Assembly: GCA_000708835.1 (NCBI GenBank)
Contig: DF237025.1
Location: 28,506 to 92,505 of the forward strand
DNA from: Klebsormidium nitens
Lineage: Eukaryota; Plantae; Klebsormidiophyceae
DNA: 64,000 bases
Direction of reading: 5' to 3'
Both the position numbers and the translations under genes were made by a program. How positions within the stretch are numbered: position 1 is the stretch's first letter; the number at the start of each line of letters is the position of its first letter. A model generated the notes under the pieces. It was not told the DNA's origin and did not search any database. It worked only from the letters and a program-made list of their open reading frames with translations. Below, in pieces: positions 1 through 13,300 of this stretch.

Positions 1-492
1 GGCATGCATGCCCCGGCGCACACTGTGTGAGTATATAATGGTGTAGAGCTGCCAACCATGCCACACCAGCTGCATGCACCTGTGCAGATTGCTAGCTTGC
101 AATTTATTCGATTTATATTCAATATGGATATATGTCGAAGTGCAAATCTGTCAAGAATGCAAGTAATTTTCTTGCATCCTAAGTTCTAGCTGTAAGATCC
201 GATCCGGTCGCATTCCAATGAATGTCAAACACGTGCTCACAAATCTTGCGAACTCTCCACCACAAGACCAATGCAGTGGGTGCCTTCAGATGCTAGCGCT
301 AAACAAGCTGCGCCGCCAATCAAGTCGTGCTTTGTCCACGATAAACACGAAAAAGCGATTCGATAGTGTCAACTTTGTACATACTCGCAGCAGGAAGGGT
401 CCTGCTGATGATAGCCCACCTGAATTGCAACCCACCTAAAAGCGGGTCTGCAACTCCCGATTTCTGGTATAGAAACGATCACAACCCCTCTC

Positions 493-3400
493 TTACTTCT
501 TCAACCCGTCAAGAAAACCCAGAACTTTCGTCGCCACTTCTTGCGGAAACTCCTCGTGCGGCAGCAACGCCCCTGGAACGTCACCGTATTCGGCGACGCC
601 CTTGACTCCCTTGAGGGCGTCCATTTCGGCCTTGGATCGCTTGGGGCTCTGGATCGACTTCAACACGAAGAGCGGCACCTTGCTGTCCAGGCTCGCAATG
701 TCGCTAAGCAACTCGTCCCGCGTCAGATACTGCACGAGAATTGAGACGGACTTAGCTACTGGTGAGCGCTTTTCAGGGGTCAAATTTTGCACGGGGTTAA
801 GCCAGGGTCGGACGGAACGAAAAATCATCGTGGTCAAAGCTGCACCGGATCACAAAGTGCTAAGCCAGATCATTTCAGACGAACCCCTTTGCAGTGGAAC
901 GCGAGAACTGAGTTCACATCCGACCAGATTGTCTGTAAGCCGATTGAGGCGATGGAAGCAGCAGAAGATGATGACATGTCAAACGTAAGCCAACCGGTGT
1001 TGATCGACGTGCAAGTGGGCATCCGACAACAACGGAGCAATCTGGGGTTAGGTTCTTTTGAGATCTTGATTTAACCATGAGATGATATGCTCAATGATAG
1101 AGAATCAAAGACGTTAGTCGACAAATCCTGCATGCCGATTGAAAGGGAAGGCTTAAGCTTCACTGACCGGGTCGAGATCGCCCGTGACAAACGCCGCTGG
1201 CGCAAAGCGCGCCCCCTCACGCTGCGTGAGCTCCGTCCGAATGTTAATGAGGTCGTCCGTAATATTGTCCTTGCTGGAGTAGACGTGCGTCCGGTACTGG
1301 TTGCGGATGTTCTTAGGGCTGGACAGTACGAACTTGTACAGGGCCCAGCCGAGACCGGGGGACCGCAACACCGTCCGCAAAATGTTGTACCTGTAGGAGG
1401 TGTCCAAAATGTCAACACCTTTCAAAAAGGCAGTTGTCTTGGGGCTGGGCAGCACGAAATCGGGCAAAGCCCAACCGAAACCGGGGGAGCGGAGGACCGT
1501 CCGCAGAATGTTGTACCTACACGAAGTGTCCGAAACGTCAGAACGGAAGTGCTGAGTACAGAGTCTCTTGGGAGTGGCGAAGAAGAATCTGTACAAGGCC
1601 CGGGTTCGGACAGAAGGGAGCGGAAGACCGTCCGCAGTTAGCCTGTTAGTGTTGTCCGCATTGTCCGCGGTGTCGAGAACTTTCAGCGTGCTAGTGTTTT
1701 GAAAGCTGGACAAGACCACATTTTAAGGCCGCGAAGAGGCCAGGGGAGCGCAGCATCGTCCGCAGAATGTTGTGACTATATGAAACGATTGGGAATAATC
1801 AATGTGTCGATGGGAGGCCATAAAATGCTTATGAAGGTCCTTCTTGCGGAAGAGGACAGAGCTTTACGCGCCCAGCCTGAACCATGAAAGCCGGACCGTG
1901 CAAAGACTGTTGTAGCTGAAAGAACTGTACGCAATTCACAAAATGAGCGACATCCAAGGCAGGTATAAAATTGTATAGGACTCGGAAAAGCGCAGGACAG
2001 CCGATGACTCCGTCCCTTATAAAGATAAGGTCAGGACCCTTGATTGTCACTCCCTTAGCAATGTCAATCATTCTGCAGAATGGCGGGGTTTCCCGGAATC
2101 AAAATCATAAGTCACACGAGCGACGGTGTGCCGAGCACCACACGGGGTGGGTATATCTAGACCGAGGCACGGAGTTGCTCCAGAACAGGAAATTCAACCT
2201 CTAGATTCCGAATGAATTAGTCACGCGCGTACCAGACTGAAGGTACTGATCAGCACAAGTTGACGAACTCGATACGGCACTAAAAATAACAGCAAAGCTA
2301 CCTTCAAAGTCCCGTTGCATAGGATCACGTGAGTCGGTTCAGAATTAGCGACCATTTTGCTAAGGGCCCATCAAAGATTGGCTTAATTTACCGTAGCGAC
2401 ATTCCATTCGCACTAAGTTCATTGATTTTAGGCCGTTGCGAAGAGATCAAAGTTAACCTTCAGCCTTGGTGCGGAATTGCGAAATCGAAATGAATTCAGA
2501 TTAAGCCTGTAAACATGCAAAAACAGGCTTAAAACAGCCAGAAATTGGATCTTGCGACCAAAAACAAAAGCACCCCATCAGTCGGTGCGAAATGGGAAAA
2601 CGTTCGAAATCAATAATTCGCACCAAGGTGGTGCGAACGGCAATGTCGCTACGGGCACTGCACCGAAACTGGGAAACTCGCTTCAGAATCTTTCAAGGTT
2701 TTGCGACAAACTTTTGAACAAGTCCCTCAACCAACGTGGCAGTAGGGCTTGAAAAAAGAGCGCATCGACCTGTCACCCCAACCGAACAAACAGGATCAAA
2801 AGTGGACCAGGCCCCTGGAGCTTTAATAGACTGATCACTCTTTTCAAAACCAATGAAGGTGACGGAGTCGCTTGAGGCCAATGCTCAAACGGGATCCATG
2901 ACCAAATCTTCCTCCTCGGGGCTCAGCTGTACAAGTGTATCTCGCAAAATACAATTTTATAATCAAAATGTGATCCTGGCTTAGGTTCTGACGCTCTCAT
3001 CAGAAACTTGGATGCTCACCTGTTCTGAACCTTGGGCTCCCGACCAAACACAATGGGCAGTGGTCCCGCCCATGTAGGCGCCACTGCGATTAGCGCCTTG
3101 GCAGAGAGCAGGCCCTGCTTGATGGCCTTGACAACTAGGGAGGGGGAGTGCCCTGCTCCAACGATGCTCACGGTCTGGCTCTTAGCGAGGGGGCCGTTGG
3201 AAGCGGATACGAAGTCACCGATGAACTTAACCTGGAGGCAAAAGGTCGGAACCATGATAATGTGTCACAGGGCAACTGTTCAGTCCTTGAATTAATTAAA
3301 AGTGATCCAGAGCATACAGTCGCTCCTATTGCTGGGCTGGGCCGAGTGCCACGAATGATGACCGGATGTTACAATGAATTCAGAACGTTAGGTGGACTGT

Positions 3401-4882
3401 TGGAACTTACCAGCTCCCTGGGACAAGTCCTGAACGTTCGGGGCTTTGTCAAACAACAGTTGGAAAGTGTGTGGGAGATTAAATCTTTGCTAAAACTCCA
3501 GCCGTCCTCGCACACAACCAGAGTCCAGCCGGTTGCAGCCCCTTAGCAAGGCGGAGTGCATAAAAACTTCTGCCCAACCTTTCCCCACTGAAAACAACTT
3601 CTTCTTCAACACCCAAATGAGGGTCAGACTTCTCCTGACCGACTTCGATAGATCACTCATTGTCAAGCCCAGAAGGCGGAGGCAAACAAGATACAAAAAC
3701 TCATGCTGCTCTCACCAACAAGTCTGATGAGTACTCCATCTGTGGCCGCCCGGACAGCCCAAATCCCGGCCAATCGAGCGCCACCGCTCGCCTGCCAGAG
3801 CCCGCCACCGCCTCCGCGACCTTCCGGAACTCATCAGTCGTGCTGACATCAGACAGGGCGGGCAGGAAAAGGACGGCTTCTTCTGAATCGCTCGGGCCCC
3901 ACTCCTCAATGTAAATGTTGAAGGGCTGGTTCTTGAAGGTCCAACTCCAACTTGAAACGCGCTTCTGCAGAAGCAGAGAAAATTCCGAACTCTTTAGAAA
4001 CTTGCGGGCGGTGGCTTCCAGTTTTAAAAAGCGTTGGATTTCTGTTTTTGAAATATCTCATGAAGCGGCTGTCAGTGCATGTACAAACACAAGCTTTTCG
4101 CGGACAAAAGCTGAAACTAGTTGAAAGCTTGATATTGGTTAGTTTCGACAGCGGGGTGTGAGCAAATATAGCAGAAACTTATGACCGCTGATGGGGCGAA
4201 GGTGAGCAAAAGTGGTCGTAGATACAGTTTCAATAAAATCGAACTTGGCTGCCTGCAAGAGAAAACAACAGGACCAAGAGAGAGGTCCTCAGATAACCCC
4301 TTCATGTTGATTACAACACAGATCTTGCATGCCCTGGTACAAAGATCTAACAGATGTAGCAGAATCTCATGGACAACACATAACAGTGACAAGGTGAGCG
4401 GGCGGACTTGAAAGCCAACCCAAATCAACCATGCAATATGAAGAACTCAGAGCCCAACTGTTTGAGAAATCAGGGAGTTTTTCTATCTCACAAACACAGA
4501 TCACCATTCCTCCAACACTCGATTGCAAGGTAAAGCTGACCTCCATAGCCCCTTGCTCTGACCCCGCTGCCGGGGCCGCCACACTCGTCGCCTGCGCCGC
4601 CGTCGCCACACTTCTCTTAACCCTTGTCTGGTTATGCAAACCCCCAGCCACATTTACCCCCCACTCACTCACAGGCGATCGATGGCCGTCAAACGCCGTG
4701 CTGAAAACTGAAGCTGAGGTGCTAGGCTCTTCAAATCGATGAGTGGGCATTTGGGCGGCTGCCCTTGGGTTTGCGGGAAAGGCGCATAGTGGGGGCCGGG
4801 CCGCTCGAAAAGAGCGGGAAGCAAGGATCGCTTGGCACTGCCCAGAGAGGGCAGCCGAGGAGCGCAGCGCCGCACTCTGCAT
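493..4882 (-). CDS. Plastid-targeted alpha/beta-hydrolase-fold protein (resembles the Arabidopsis AT1G74640 family), 5 exons, about 420 aa
   Basis: Exons 4882-4541, 3964-3716, 3231-3020, 1390-1168, 729-493; all introns GT-AG and phase-consistent. Motifs ALDWPGFGLSGRP, AVAPTWAGPLPIVFG, GARFAPAAFVTGDLDP, PKRSKAEMDAL, PGALLPHEEFP. The Ala/Ser/Arg-rich N-terminus looks like a transit peptide. Confidence 0.88.
1319..1780 (-). repeat. Degenerate tandem copies (period about 126-131 bp) of the 5' edge and acceptor of hydrolase exon 4
   Basis: Anchor CGTCCGCA recurs near 1372, 1498, 1629 and 1757. The first copy translates RYNILRTVLRSPGFGWAL versus RYNILRTVLRSPGLGWAL in the real exon. Confidence 0.85.
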
Positions 4883-5365
4883 TGTGTCTTAAGCTGGTGG
4901 TGGTGCGCAACACAAAGACGCTAATGGGGTCAACTGCTCCTTGAGATGCTAAAATCCTAGGTAAAAGCGAAACAGGAATGCAACTTGCAAGCCCTCCAAG
5001 AATGTCTGCGAGGTTGGAAACTGTGGCTGCTTCAACAGCTTCCTGAACTTGAAGAGCAAATTGCAATGTGCCCTGAGTGTGTCTGGCGTGGGAGGCTTCG
5101 AGCCGTCCGATATGCTCAAAAAATATCCACGGTCTACGATGCACTTTCTGAAGTTTCCTGCGCGCGGCCGGCTGGATTGAAACTCCGGTCGGAACCTCCG
5201 TTGAACCCTGCGCATGGCGCCGGCCGGTCGCGGCCGCTTTCAATCGCCGCCGCGTACGTCTCGGCGACCTGGTCAGAGTAGTGAATTGCGCCGCCTCGAT
5301 TCGTCTGGGGGGTAACCGAAGCAGCAAAGCAGGCCGCTGCTCTGTGACATCTAAAGCTCATCTGA

Positions 5366-6119
5366 TGGATCCCAATTTCGCCTTCGGCGCCGCTTACGGC
5401 ATCTTTCTTGCAATAGCGGTGAGCCTTGTCGCCTTGTTGAACAAACATCCTTTCGAAGTTGCTCGTGAGTTCTGGAACTTTGAACTAAGTGCTTCTGGTA
5501 CACGAGTCTAGCTTTCAGCCTCTGTTTTAGGAAAAATGCCATTCTGACCGGAATGCAGGAATGCACGTGAAGGTCTGACTGCCAATAAATCATAGGCACC
5601 ACTATTCCTTCCATGGTTGCACCCCAACTCCAATCTTAGCGGTCAGTGTTCTCTTGTTCTAGAAATGTCAAGTTTGCAGCTTTGCATGATTCTTTGACTT
5701 GCCAGAGTTACTGCTAACGATCAACTAGTGAGTCCTGGCCATCATCCTTTGAAAGGTTTAACGCCCACAATGTCTTGGCACTTTGACTTACTGGCTTTCG
5801 CTTTATAGTGCAAGAAGTCTTACCAGCATTTCAACCGAGTCTAAGCTCAGGTGCAATAATCCTCGTCTATCAAAAGAATCTGATCACCGTGCGATGATTT
5901 TCTCCTGGACTGGTTCCTCCTTTCTACTTCCAGGTGATGTCCGTCGCGCGATTCTTGGACGAAAGGATCAGCGTGGAGCAAGCAGTGACGAAACGCCTGA
6001 AGACTACGCAGGAACAGATGGAGAGGCTCGAAAAGGCTATCATGGACACTAAGCTCAGTCTTGCTCGGGTCGAGGGAAAAGTGGACGGGAAGCTCTCTTT
6101 GCTGCCCGTACCCAGCTAA
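5366..6119 (+). CDS. Possible small protein: N-terminal hydrophobic segment plus a coiled-coil exon; exon joining unresolved
   Basis: ATG at 5366 gives MDPNFAFGAAYGIFLAIAVSLVALL, followed by a GTGAGT donor near 5465. An acceptor near 5933 precedes VMSVARFLDERISVEQAVTKRLKTTQEQMERLEKAIMDTKLSL. I could not make the phases agree. Confidence 0.3.
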
Positions 6120-7368
6120 TGTTGCGAATAAGTGCAAGGGAAGCTTAGCAGTTTCAACAGATCCCCTTATTGGTTCATTCCCTGATTTGCATGCCGATCG
6201 ATGTAGTAAACAGTAACAGCCAGTGAAGAGTAACGGATACGGGTAGGGTTGGTTAGGGGGTTGGGGTGGGGTGCGGAGCGGGTGATCTTTCGGGTTAGGG
6301 TTTTTAGTATACCCCAATTGCTTACTGCTCACTAGATCGGAGAATAATACCTGATTTGCGACCGCATCAATGGCGATTGGGGGCATGCTGGTTAGCTGCA
6401 TGCATGTGCCACATCTTTTGTGGTAGCGTGGTGTTGAAAGAGGTCGCCGTCGAGAGGGCCAGTCAGAATGTAGGGGGGAAATGGCGAGCCGCTCTTTAAA
6501 TTGCAGTGGGACCTCACTCTGTGCATCTTCGTGGTGAACTTGAGATATGTTCAACAAAGTATACTGCCTGACGAAATGTGCACGTTCGACGACTTGATAA
6601 ACTTCCCTTCACATATGAGGGAAGTTCTCTCGATCGGATCCGCAGTGCATGAGCTGTTATCATGTCAACGTGTGAGACCCGACTTAGACGACTACCATCC
6701 TTTTCAGGGCAATGAAAAACGCATGCCACCAGTGTTGAAGTTGCCAGCAAGCAAACTCGGTCTCTCTTGCATCCGGAGACGCAATTCGCGCGTTAACTCA
6801 GGCATTAAGTGGAGATCGACTCCGGGATGAACTTTGCTTTACCTGCTGTACGTACAGGCCAGGCTTATATACCAGGCTCCTCTTACTCCGGTCCCGTCTC
6901 AGTCTTGGGCGATCAATCAATGACCACGGCCCACGTGGGAGGCCGCATATAAGCAGGCCAAACTCATACGAGATCGGATTCAACTCAAAATGCTAACACT
7001 AAGTATCTTACCTTCACATGCACGAGGCACGTAGCTTATCAGAAGCATAGGTCTACATATCTATTTAAACACCCCGCCTTCATGCTACCGAAACTCGTAC
7101 AATACGATCAGCTGGCACAGCATCTAAGGCATGTACGCAGCATATGGACCGCGCGGGCAATTGACCATTGGCATGACGCATCATATTTCATGCCATCATC
7201 CTATGCAAAATCGCCTCACGTCCATGAAACTGTGCCCTTCCCGGCCATAATAAGCCTGCAGATGAACTCAACTCGGGCTTCTGTCAACCACTTTGCAAGG
7301 TAGAAATGCATCGTTCATCGGTCAATGCAACATAAGCCGATTGAATTCGTGACAACAGATCTGCGCGC

Positions 7369-10300
7369 CTACAACTCGTTCCTACTTCCGGAAAAGCTCT
7401 TCACTTTTGCGATCAACTCAGATGCTTGCTCCTTCAGCTCTACAAACACGGTGTACGCCTTCCGCGACAACACGCTCAAAAAGTCGTGGAGGCCGTCCGG
7501 CTCATACTTGTCGAACCGCCACTCTCGGTCAACAAGACGCCGCGGAACCGGCTCGTGCAACGACTCTGCAACACAGCCAAGTACACAGGTTTCAACACCT
7601 CTTGGATAAATCTTGGTTCGCGAGTGATGTTACGTGACTGCTGTCACGTCCGGCAGAAGTGTCTCTCACGCGGGGAGGATGCTCGAGGCCGGAGAATGCT
7701 TGATCTAAGAGTCTCAGTATGGACGAGCGGACTTTTCTACGTTTGACGAGGCCGACCAGCCGTTCCACTTCCTGATCTGCAAACGACCATCTTACGAGAA
7801 GAAAATGCTGTCGATGTGAGCGAAAGCGTGTTGCGGCCAAGATGAGAACCCCAATCAAGAGATGCGAAACAGAACTGCGAAGAGGGCTGTGCTTAGGAGA
7901 CCCCCCCGAGCTGTTCAAGATGCCTGCTTTTGGGCAGAAGAGACCAAAGTAATACCATATAATTACGCAGCGCTATCCAATTCGGTGGACTCCAAATGAC
8001 CAATCCAGCTGAAGAGCTCTCAAGGACTCTGCCTCAACATACGGCGCTTGTGACTAGAAATTTTCACCCCGAGCTCATCCCCCGGGGAAATGCTTAGGAC
8101 CACTCACCCGCAAAGACGTTCCCGGTGGGCCCCACCGCCCGGCAGAATGGGTGCGTCTTGTTCCGCTCCACCGCCGCGCGCAGGTGCTCCCACGCGCGGC
8201 CGCGCTGCTCGTGGCTGATCCGGCCCGTCTGCGCGATCTGCACCGTCCGATGAAGAGGTCGTCAGTCGCTCGTAAAGACTGACGGTCACAAATGCCCGCG
8301 GTGTATGGAATTTTTACAAATTGCTGGGGCGTCAATCGAGGAAGGTAGCAGGTAAGCAGCTGAGTAACAAACCGTCCGGTTGCACGCTCTGTCGCATTGA
8401 AGGAGGACGATGCACTTCTTGAGAAGATGGAGATATGCAAGCAAACCTCAAGCACAAAAATTCAAAAATTAGTCTTCAAAACCACCTTCGCATATGCAGG
8501 CAATCAGCTGTCATATCTGGTCAACCGTAGATAAACCATGGATGTTGGTCAAGCGTCTGTGACTTCCCAAGAAAACAATCGCGTACCTTTCTGAAGAGGT
8601 CGTACGACGGCCGCGGCAGCCGCTTGAAGTCGTTGGCGCGGTCGACGCGGACCAACCCAAACTTCGGACAGTAGCCGTCGGACCACTCCCAGTTGTCCGA
8701 AAGCGTCCAGTGAAAGTAGCCGTCCACGGGGACGCCCTGAACGCGAGGAACTAGCATGAGTAGGAGGTCCGGGCAACGTTTTTCAAAGTTAAGTTTTGTG
8801 TTTTGGGCGAAGAATCGTCTCGTCTAGGAGGATGGGATTGCGAGAGGGTGATTTGGTGGTTTCCTTCAGAACGCTTTTGACAGAGCGGTGGGCGACCTGT
8901 TTTGCCATGTGCGCCAAAAACGGGGTAGGAATCTGCACAAAAACTTGTCTCCAAGACTTCAAGATTTCATTGCAAAGGACGGGACGCGAGCTCACAGAAG
9001 CATTTTGCTTCTAAGACTGCGTTACTAAAGTGAAGTCAGCTGAGAACCAGCAAAAAAGAACCAAAACAAAAAACAAAGCCGATTGCTCAAGCATGCCAGG
9101 TTGCTGGTCAGATGAGGAGTTAAGGAACTTCGCTCTTACCTCCGCTTTGGCCGCAAACACGGCCAGCAAATGCTCCACGAGATAAGCGGGCCGCAACACG
9201 TCCTTATCATCGGCTATGCCGTTCTCCGTTATCACAAAACGGACGTTCGTCTTCTCGGGCGTGTTATACCGCTGGTGGAAGGACCATAGCGTATGGTACA
9301 GGCCGTCCGGGTATATTGCCCGGCCGGAGTCGCTAAACTCGATGCCTGGGGCGATGAACGGCCCGGTCCCTGACACAATCTCCTGGAGAAGAAAGCAGTC
9401 ACGCACGTAAGGCATAGAATCTGGTTTTGTGAGTCGGCGTAAGTCTTTTGTTGCAAAAAAAAGAGCATGTAGGGCTGGAACTTGATTTTTGTTCTATGAT
9501 CTCAGTTTGGCAGCTGCCCCGAGGTGCTTCGTCAGTCCATCGCCGCCTCACGAGATAATTCCGGAGGGATTCTCAGGTCTATACATTCGACGAGCCTCTG
9601 ACGTACGATTGTGCCCGGACGCCTGCGAATGTTCTACAAAGTTCGTTGCACATTTTAAGCAGGCTCTTGATGAGAAAACGTCGCAACTCCTCCTTCGATA
9701 TCAAGGTCGGAGAATGGTCATCGACACTTGCAGAATCCTGATTCTCCGACTCTGTAAACAAATTCGGCTCGGGCGGTCAGGAAGAACGCCCGAAAACAAG
9801 ATTGTTTCGGTCGCTCAAGTTGGATCGTAATCAGACACCGCAACAAGTGCATCCGCTCGGACGCTCGGACGCCTGCGTAGAATTAAGCTCGGACGCCCAC
9901 GCGAACAAAGTTCGGACGTCGGAGCAAACCTAATACATCAATCGGTCCCCTAGGATGAACCAAAGTTGGACGCCCAAGAAGAGCTTTCGGACGCCTAAAT
10001 TGTTGTACTTGGGACGCCCGAGCAGAGTTTGAGTGCTCCCGTCGAACCAGAAATGGTCGCCCAAGCAAGATTTTGTTCGAAACGCTCCCGTCCAACTTCA
10101 AATCGGACGCCCACCTGTCCGTAGTAGTTGAGGCCGATGAAGTCAAGCTTGCCGCGCAGGCGGTCCGGTATGTACCAGCGGTTCACGTACTGCCCCAGCT
10201 TGGCGAGCGGCGCGTCGAACAGGCCCCACGGCCGCATCACCGCCGTGAAGTGGGCGATGCCAATCACTGGCTTTTTCCTGCATTGTTGAGCATATTTCTG

Positions 10301-13300
10301 AATTTTGTTTTGTGAAGAAAAGGGACTAGTTTAGGGGAAAGGTGGACCAAAGGGCCATGAAGATACCTGGCGTTTCCTGCTACACAACGAACTGTTGAAC
10401 CTTGTTCCAGGAAAATGGAAGCCGAAATCAAAAGATTCAGCGAATCAATCATACAAACGGGGGACGCCCTTTTTCGAACCGTGTGGGCATACTGCCTCCA
10501 GCGCGAAAAAGAAATCGTGACCGAACGTTGAAAGCAGCCGCTCGGCTCTCAACGGCAAGGGGACATGGTGTCTTAGAGTTCGTCTCTAAGCGACATTTGT
10601 GTAATCCTGCATGAGATCTCAACTCCCCATACCGCGCAGATCAAAGGAATTGCTGTTCCACGTTGTATGCCAAAGGGATCTCCATGTCCTTCGAGTTTAC
10701 GAAGGATAGCGCACTCAGATACAAGTTACGAGTCACAGAATCCGGTTGACTTCCTTGACTGCTCAATCAGCAGTCTGCAGCTGTACACTCCATGACCTCC
10801 GAGTTAGCTCGCCCTAACCCAGCGACTCTGGTTAAGTACCCACTCTACTACAAATCCCATGTTCTCCCAGAAACAACTAAAAACCCGCACAAGACCAGTT
10901 GGTTAGAAGACTCACTCGCTCGACATCCCGTGCATCGCATCGTACGCCTCACGATGCGCCTGGATCATGTGATCGACGGCCCCGAACAGCCGGCCAAACT
11001 TAGGAACGCCGCACAAGACAGTCTGCAGGAGAGACGGCCGGAAAGTGGGGCTGCGCCCCGGGGGCCAGTTGCCGGTGCAGTACGAGAGCGTCGCAAAGAT
11101 TTGGGCCTCGTTGAAGAGGACGTAGCGGTCTACGAGGTCGCCCAATTCGCGGTGAACCACCCTGCGCAGACGAAGGTACGGACCTATGCCTTTTGCCGTT
11201 CCTTTGGCTGCTCTCTCTTTCAACAGCAACTCTCTCTGGAAGGGAGTGGGACAAGTAAAATCTCTCACCCCAACGCTCAAATAGGACGGTATTCTTCTCG
11301 ATTGCGGAAATGCTTTGGATGATGCCAGGAACCGCTGAGGATCCACAATCAACAGCTCAAGATTCAGTAATTTCTACAAGCCCTCATGTTGAGATGAAAC
11401 GAAGTGTGCCAAGCGCTTGACCATCTGCTTGTGAGTTATGTCTCCTTCAAACCCAACAAACAGTCGGTATGAGTCAGCTCGACGATGCCTGAAGTGGTGG
11501 CCACCGAGGAATGTTTGGTTTTCTCAGACAATAGCATATGAACCTCGCAAAAATGGAACCCTTGTGTGAACGGCTCGAGTTTGTGGGGAGATTCAGATGC
11601 GGCCGGGCAAACCCGTTTCTAAACAGCACTTTCCTCCTCAGCTTACTAAGCGGCACATGAGTCAACTTCTCCCCCCATCCCCCCTCCCACCACCACCCCT
11701 CCATCATGTGTAGTGCACCAGCCAGCCCCGCAATGTGTAACTAGACACGAATTTGCAACTAGACAGGCGGCAGAAAGCTTACACGCTGAATTCCACGAAG
11801 TACTTGATTGTCCTCTTGTCCGTCCAGCCACCGTATGGGATTGCCCACTTTGGCATCGAGTGGTGGAACAAGGTTAGCATAACCCGCATGCCATGCGCCC
11901 TAACCCGCTCCAGGATGCCCCGGTAGTGCTCCAGGGCTTGCCGGTCAAGCTGCACATGAACGGCGCAAGATACAATCATTGACAAAAGAACACTTTCGTC
12001 AGAGCGATAGTTGTAACACGTTGTGCCATTATGGAAGCTTGTAACCCGTCGAAAACGGCAGACTGTCTCAATTGTTCTCGAAGCTGTATGGATGGGTTGT
12101 GATGGTTCCTCAAGGGTGTCAGCAACTCATTGAACTCCTCCACCTATAGCCCTTGATTTGCTGAACGCAATTACGATTCAACACCACCCGCTTTGCATAC
12201 ATCAACCGAACCGAGGCAAAAAGACCTAACCATCTAAGCATGGTATTCTCTCCGCTCAAACAACAAGTTCCTGCACCATAGAGATTGTGCACTTACCATA
12301 TTCACTGTTCCTTCGATGGGTTCTGTCGGAACCAGCCTCCCCCAGTCCACCCCCAGACGGTACTCCTTAACCCCCGCCTCTGCCGCTAACCTGATTTCTG
12401 TCTCAGCATCGCTCCAAAAGCGCACACGCTGCTCTGGGAAGGGCACGTTGTGCCAAGCGGGGACGTTGAGCGGGTTAGGCAGGTTGGTGTCGGGGTCAAC
12501 CCCGGGTTTGGTCGCTTTGGCAAAGTCGAGCCAGCTGTCGTCCAGCTGGTCCTCCACATGGGCGGGCGCAGTGGCGAGGCCGAAAGCGAAGCAGTCTGCA
12601 GGAAATGAATTGGATATTTTGGGTTAAGACGAGGCTAGTGAGGGACTGAGAAAGCGAAACGACGTTTTAGCAATCTCTTCAAGACGGTTTGAACCCTGAA
12701 GGGCTGGGAACTGTGCATTTGAAGCACTGCAGGGGTACAAACTGGGGCATGTTCTTTGACCAAGTGATGAAAATGAGGCAATGAAGGTTGTCCGATGCGG
12801 AAAGAGGGTGGTGGCAATGTGGGCAGTCTGTCGATTTAAGCCGTCGAGTGCTCCGCAGGTTTCGCTGAGCCATACGAGTGAGTATTTCGAAGGGGACTGC
12901 CAAACCAGGCTCAGGTTGGTGTGTGCAATGCAAAGCGGGAGCACGTGAATTGCCAGTGGAAGAACACCCAAAATAGCAAATGATTGACCGACTGTTGGTG
13001 ACATGGGGTCTGCTCAGAATATACGCATGGCATGGGCAGAGGCTTTCAGTAAAGAACACTTTGAATACTGTATCTTTCACTAAAAAGTGCGGTGAAGTGC
13101 CTGGGAATGATAGCAAATTTTGGGCTTTCCTTTTGAAACCTTACAGTGAACAGCGCTCCAACCAACAAGCCAAGGGAGGTTGGAGTGGAATGCTGTCTCA
13201 ACGGAGGCCAGACATCGCCAACGGCCTCATACTCCAAGCTGCCTGCATCCGAATTGTACATATATGTCTCAAATATCTTACAGCCAATCATGAGGCCTGG

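Noticed and set aside
1087-1641. 184-aa + strand ORF with an internal repeat
   Set aside because: Antisense shadow of hydrolase exon 4 and its echo copies.
4985-5281. 98-aa + strand ORF
   Set aside because: Overlaps the GC-rich divergent promoter region; no recognisable motif or splice structure.
6240-6305. Telomere-like GGGTTA/TTAGGG-rich tract
   Set aside because: Too short and degenerate for an interstitial telomere; G-rich low complexity.
5847-6990. Several - strand ORFs with candidate splice sites downstream of SFR2
   Set aside because: No consistent exon chain or family motif; part is antisense to the coiled-coil exon.
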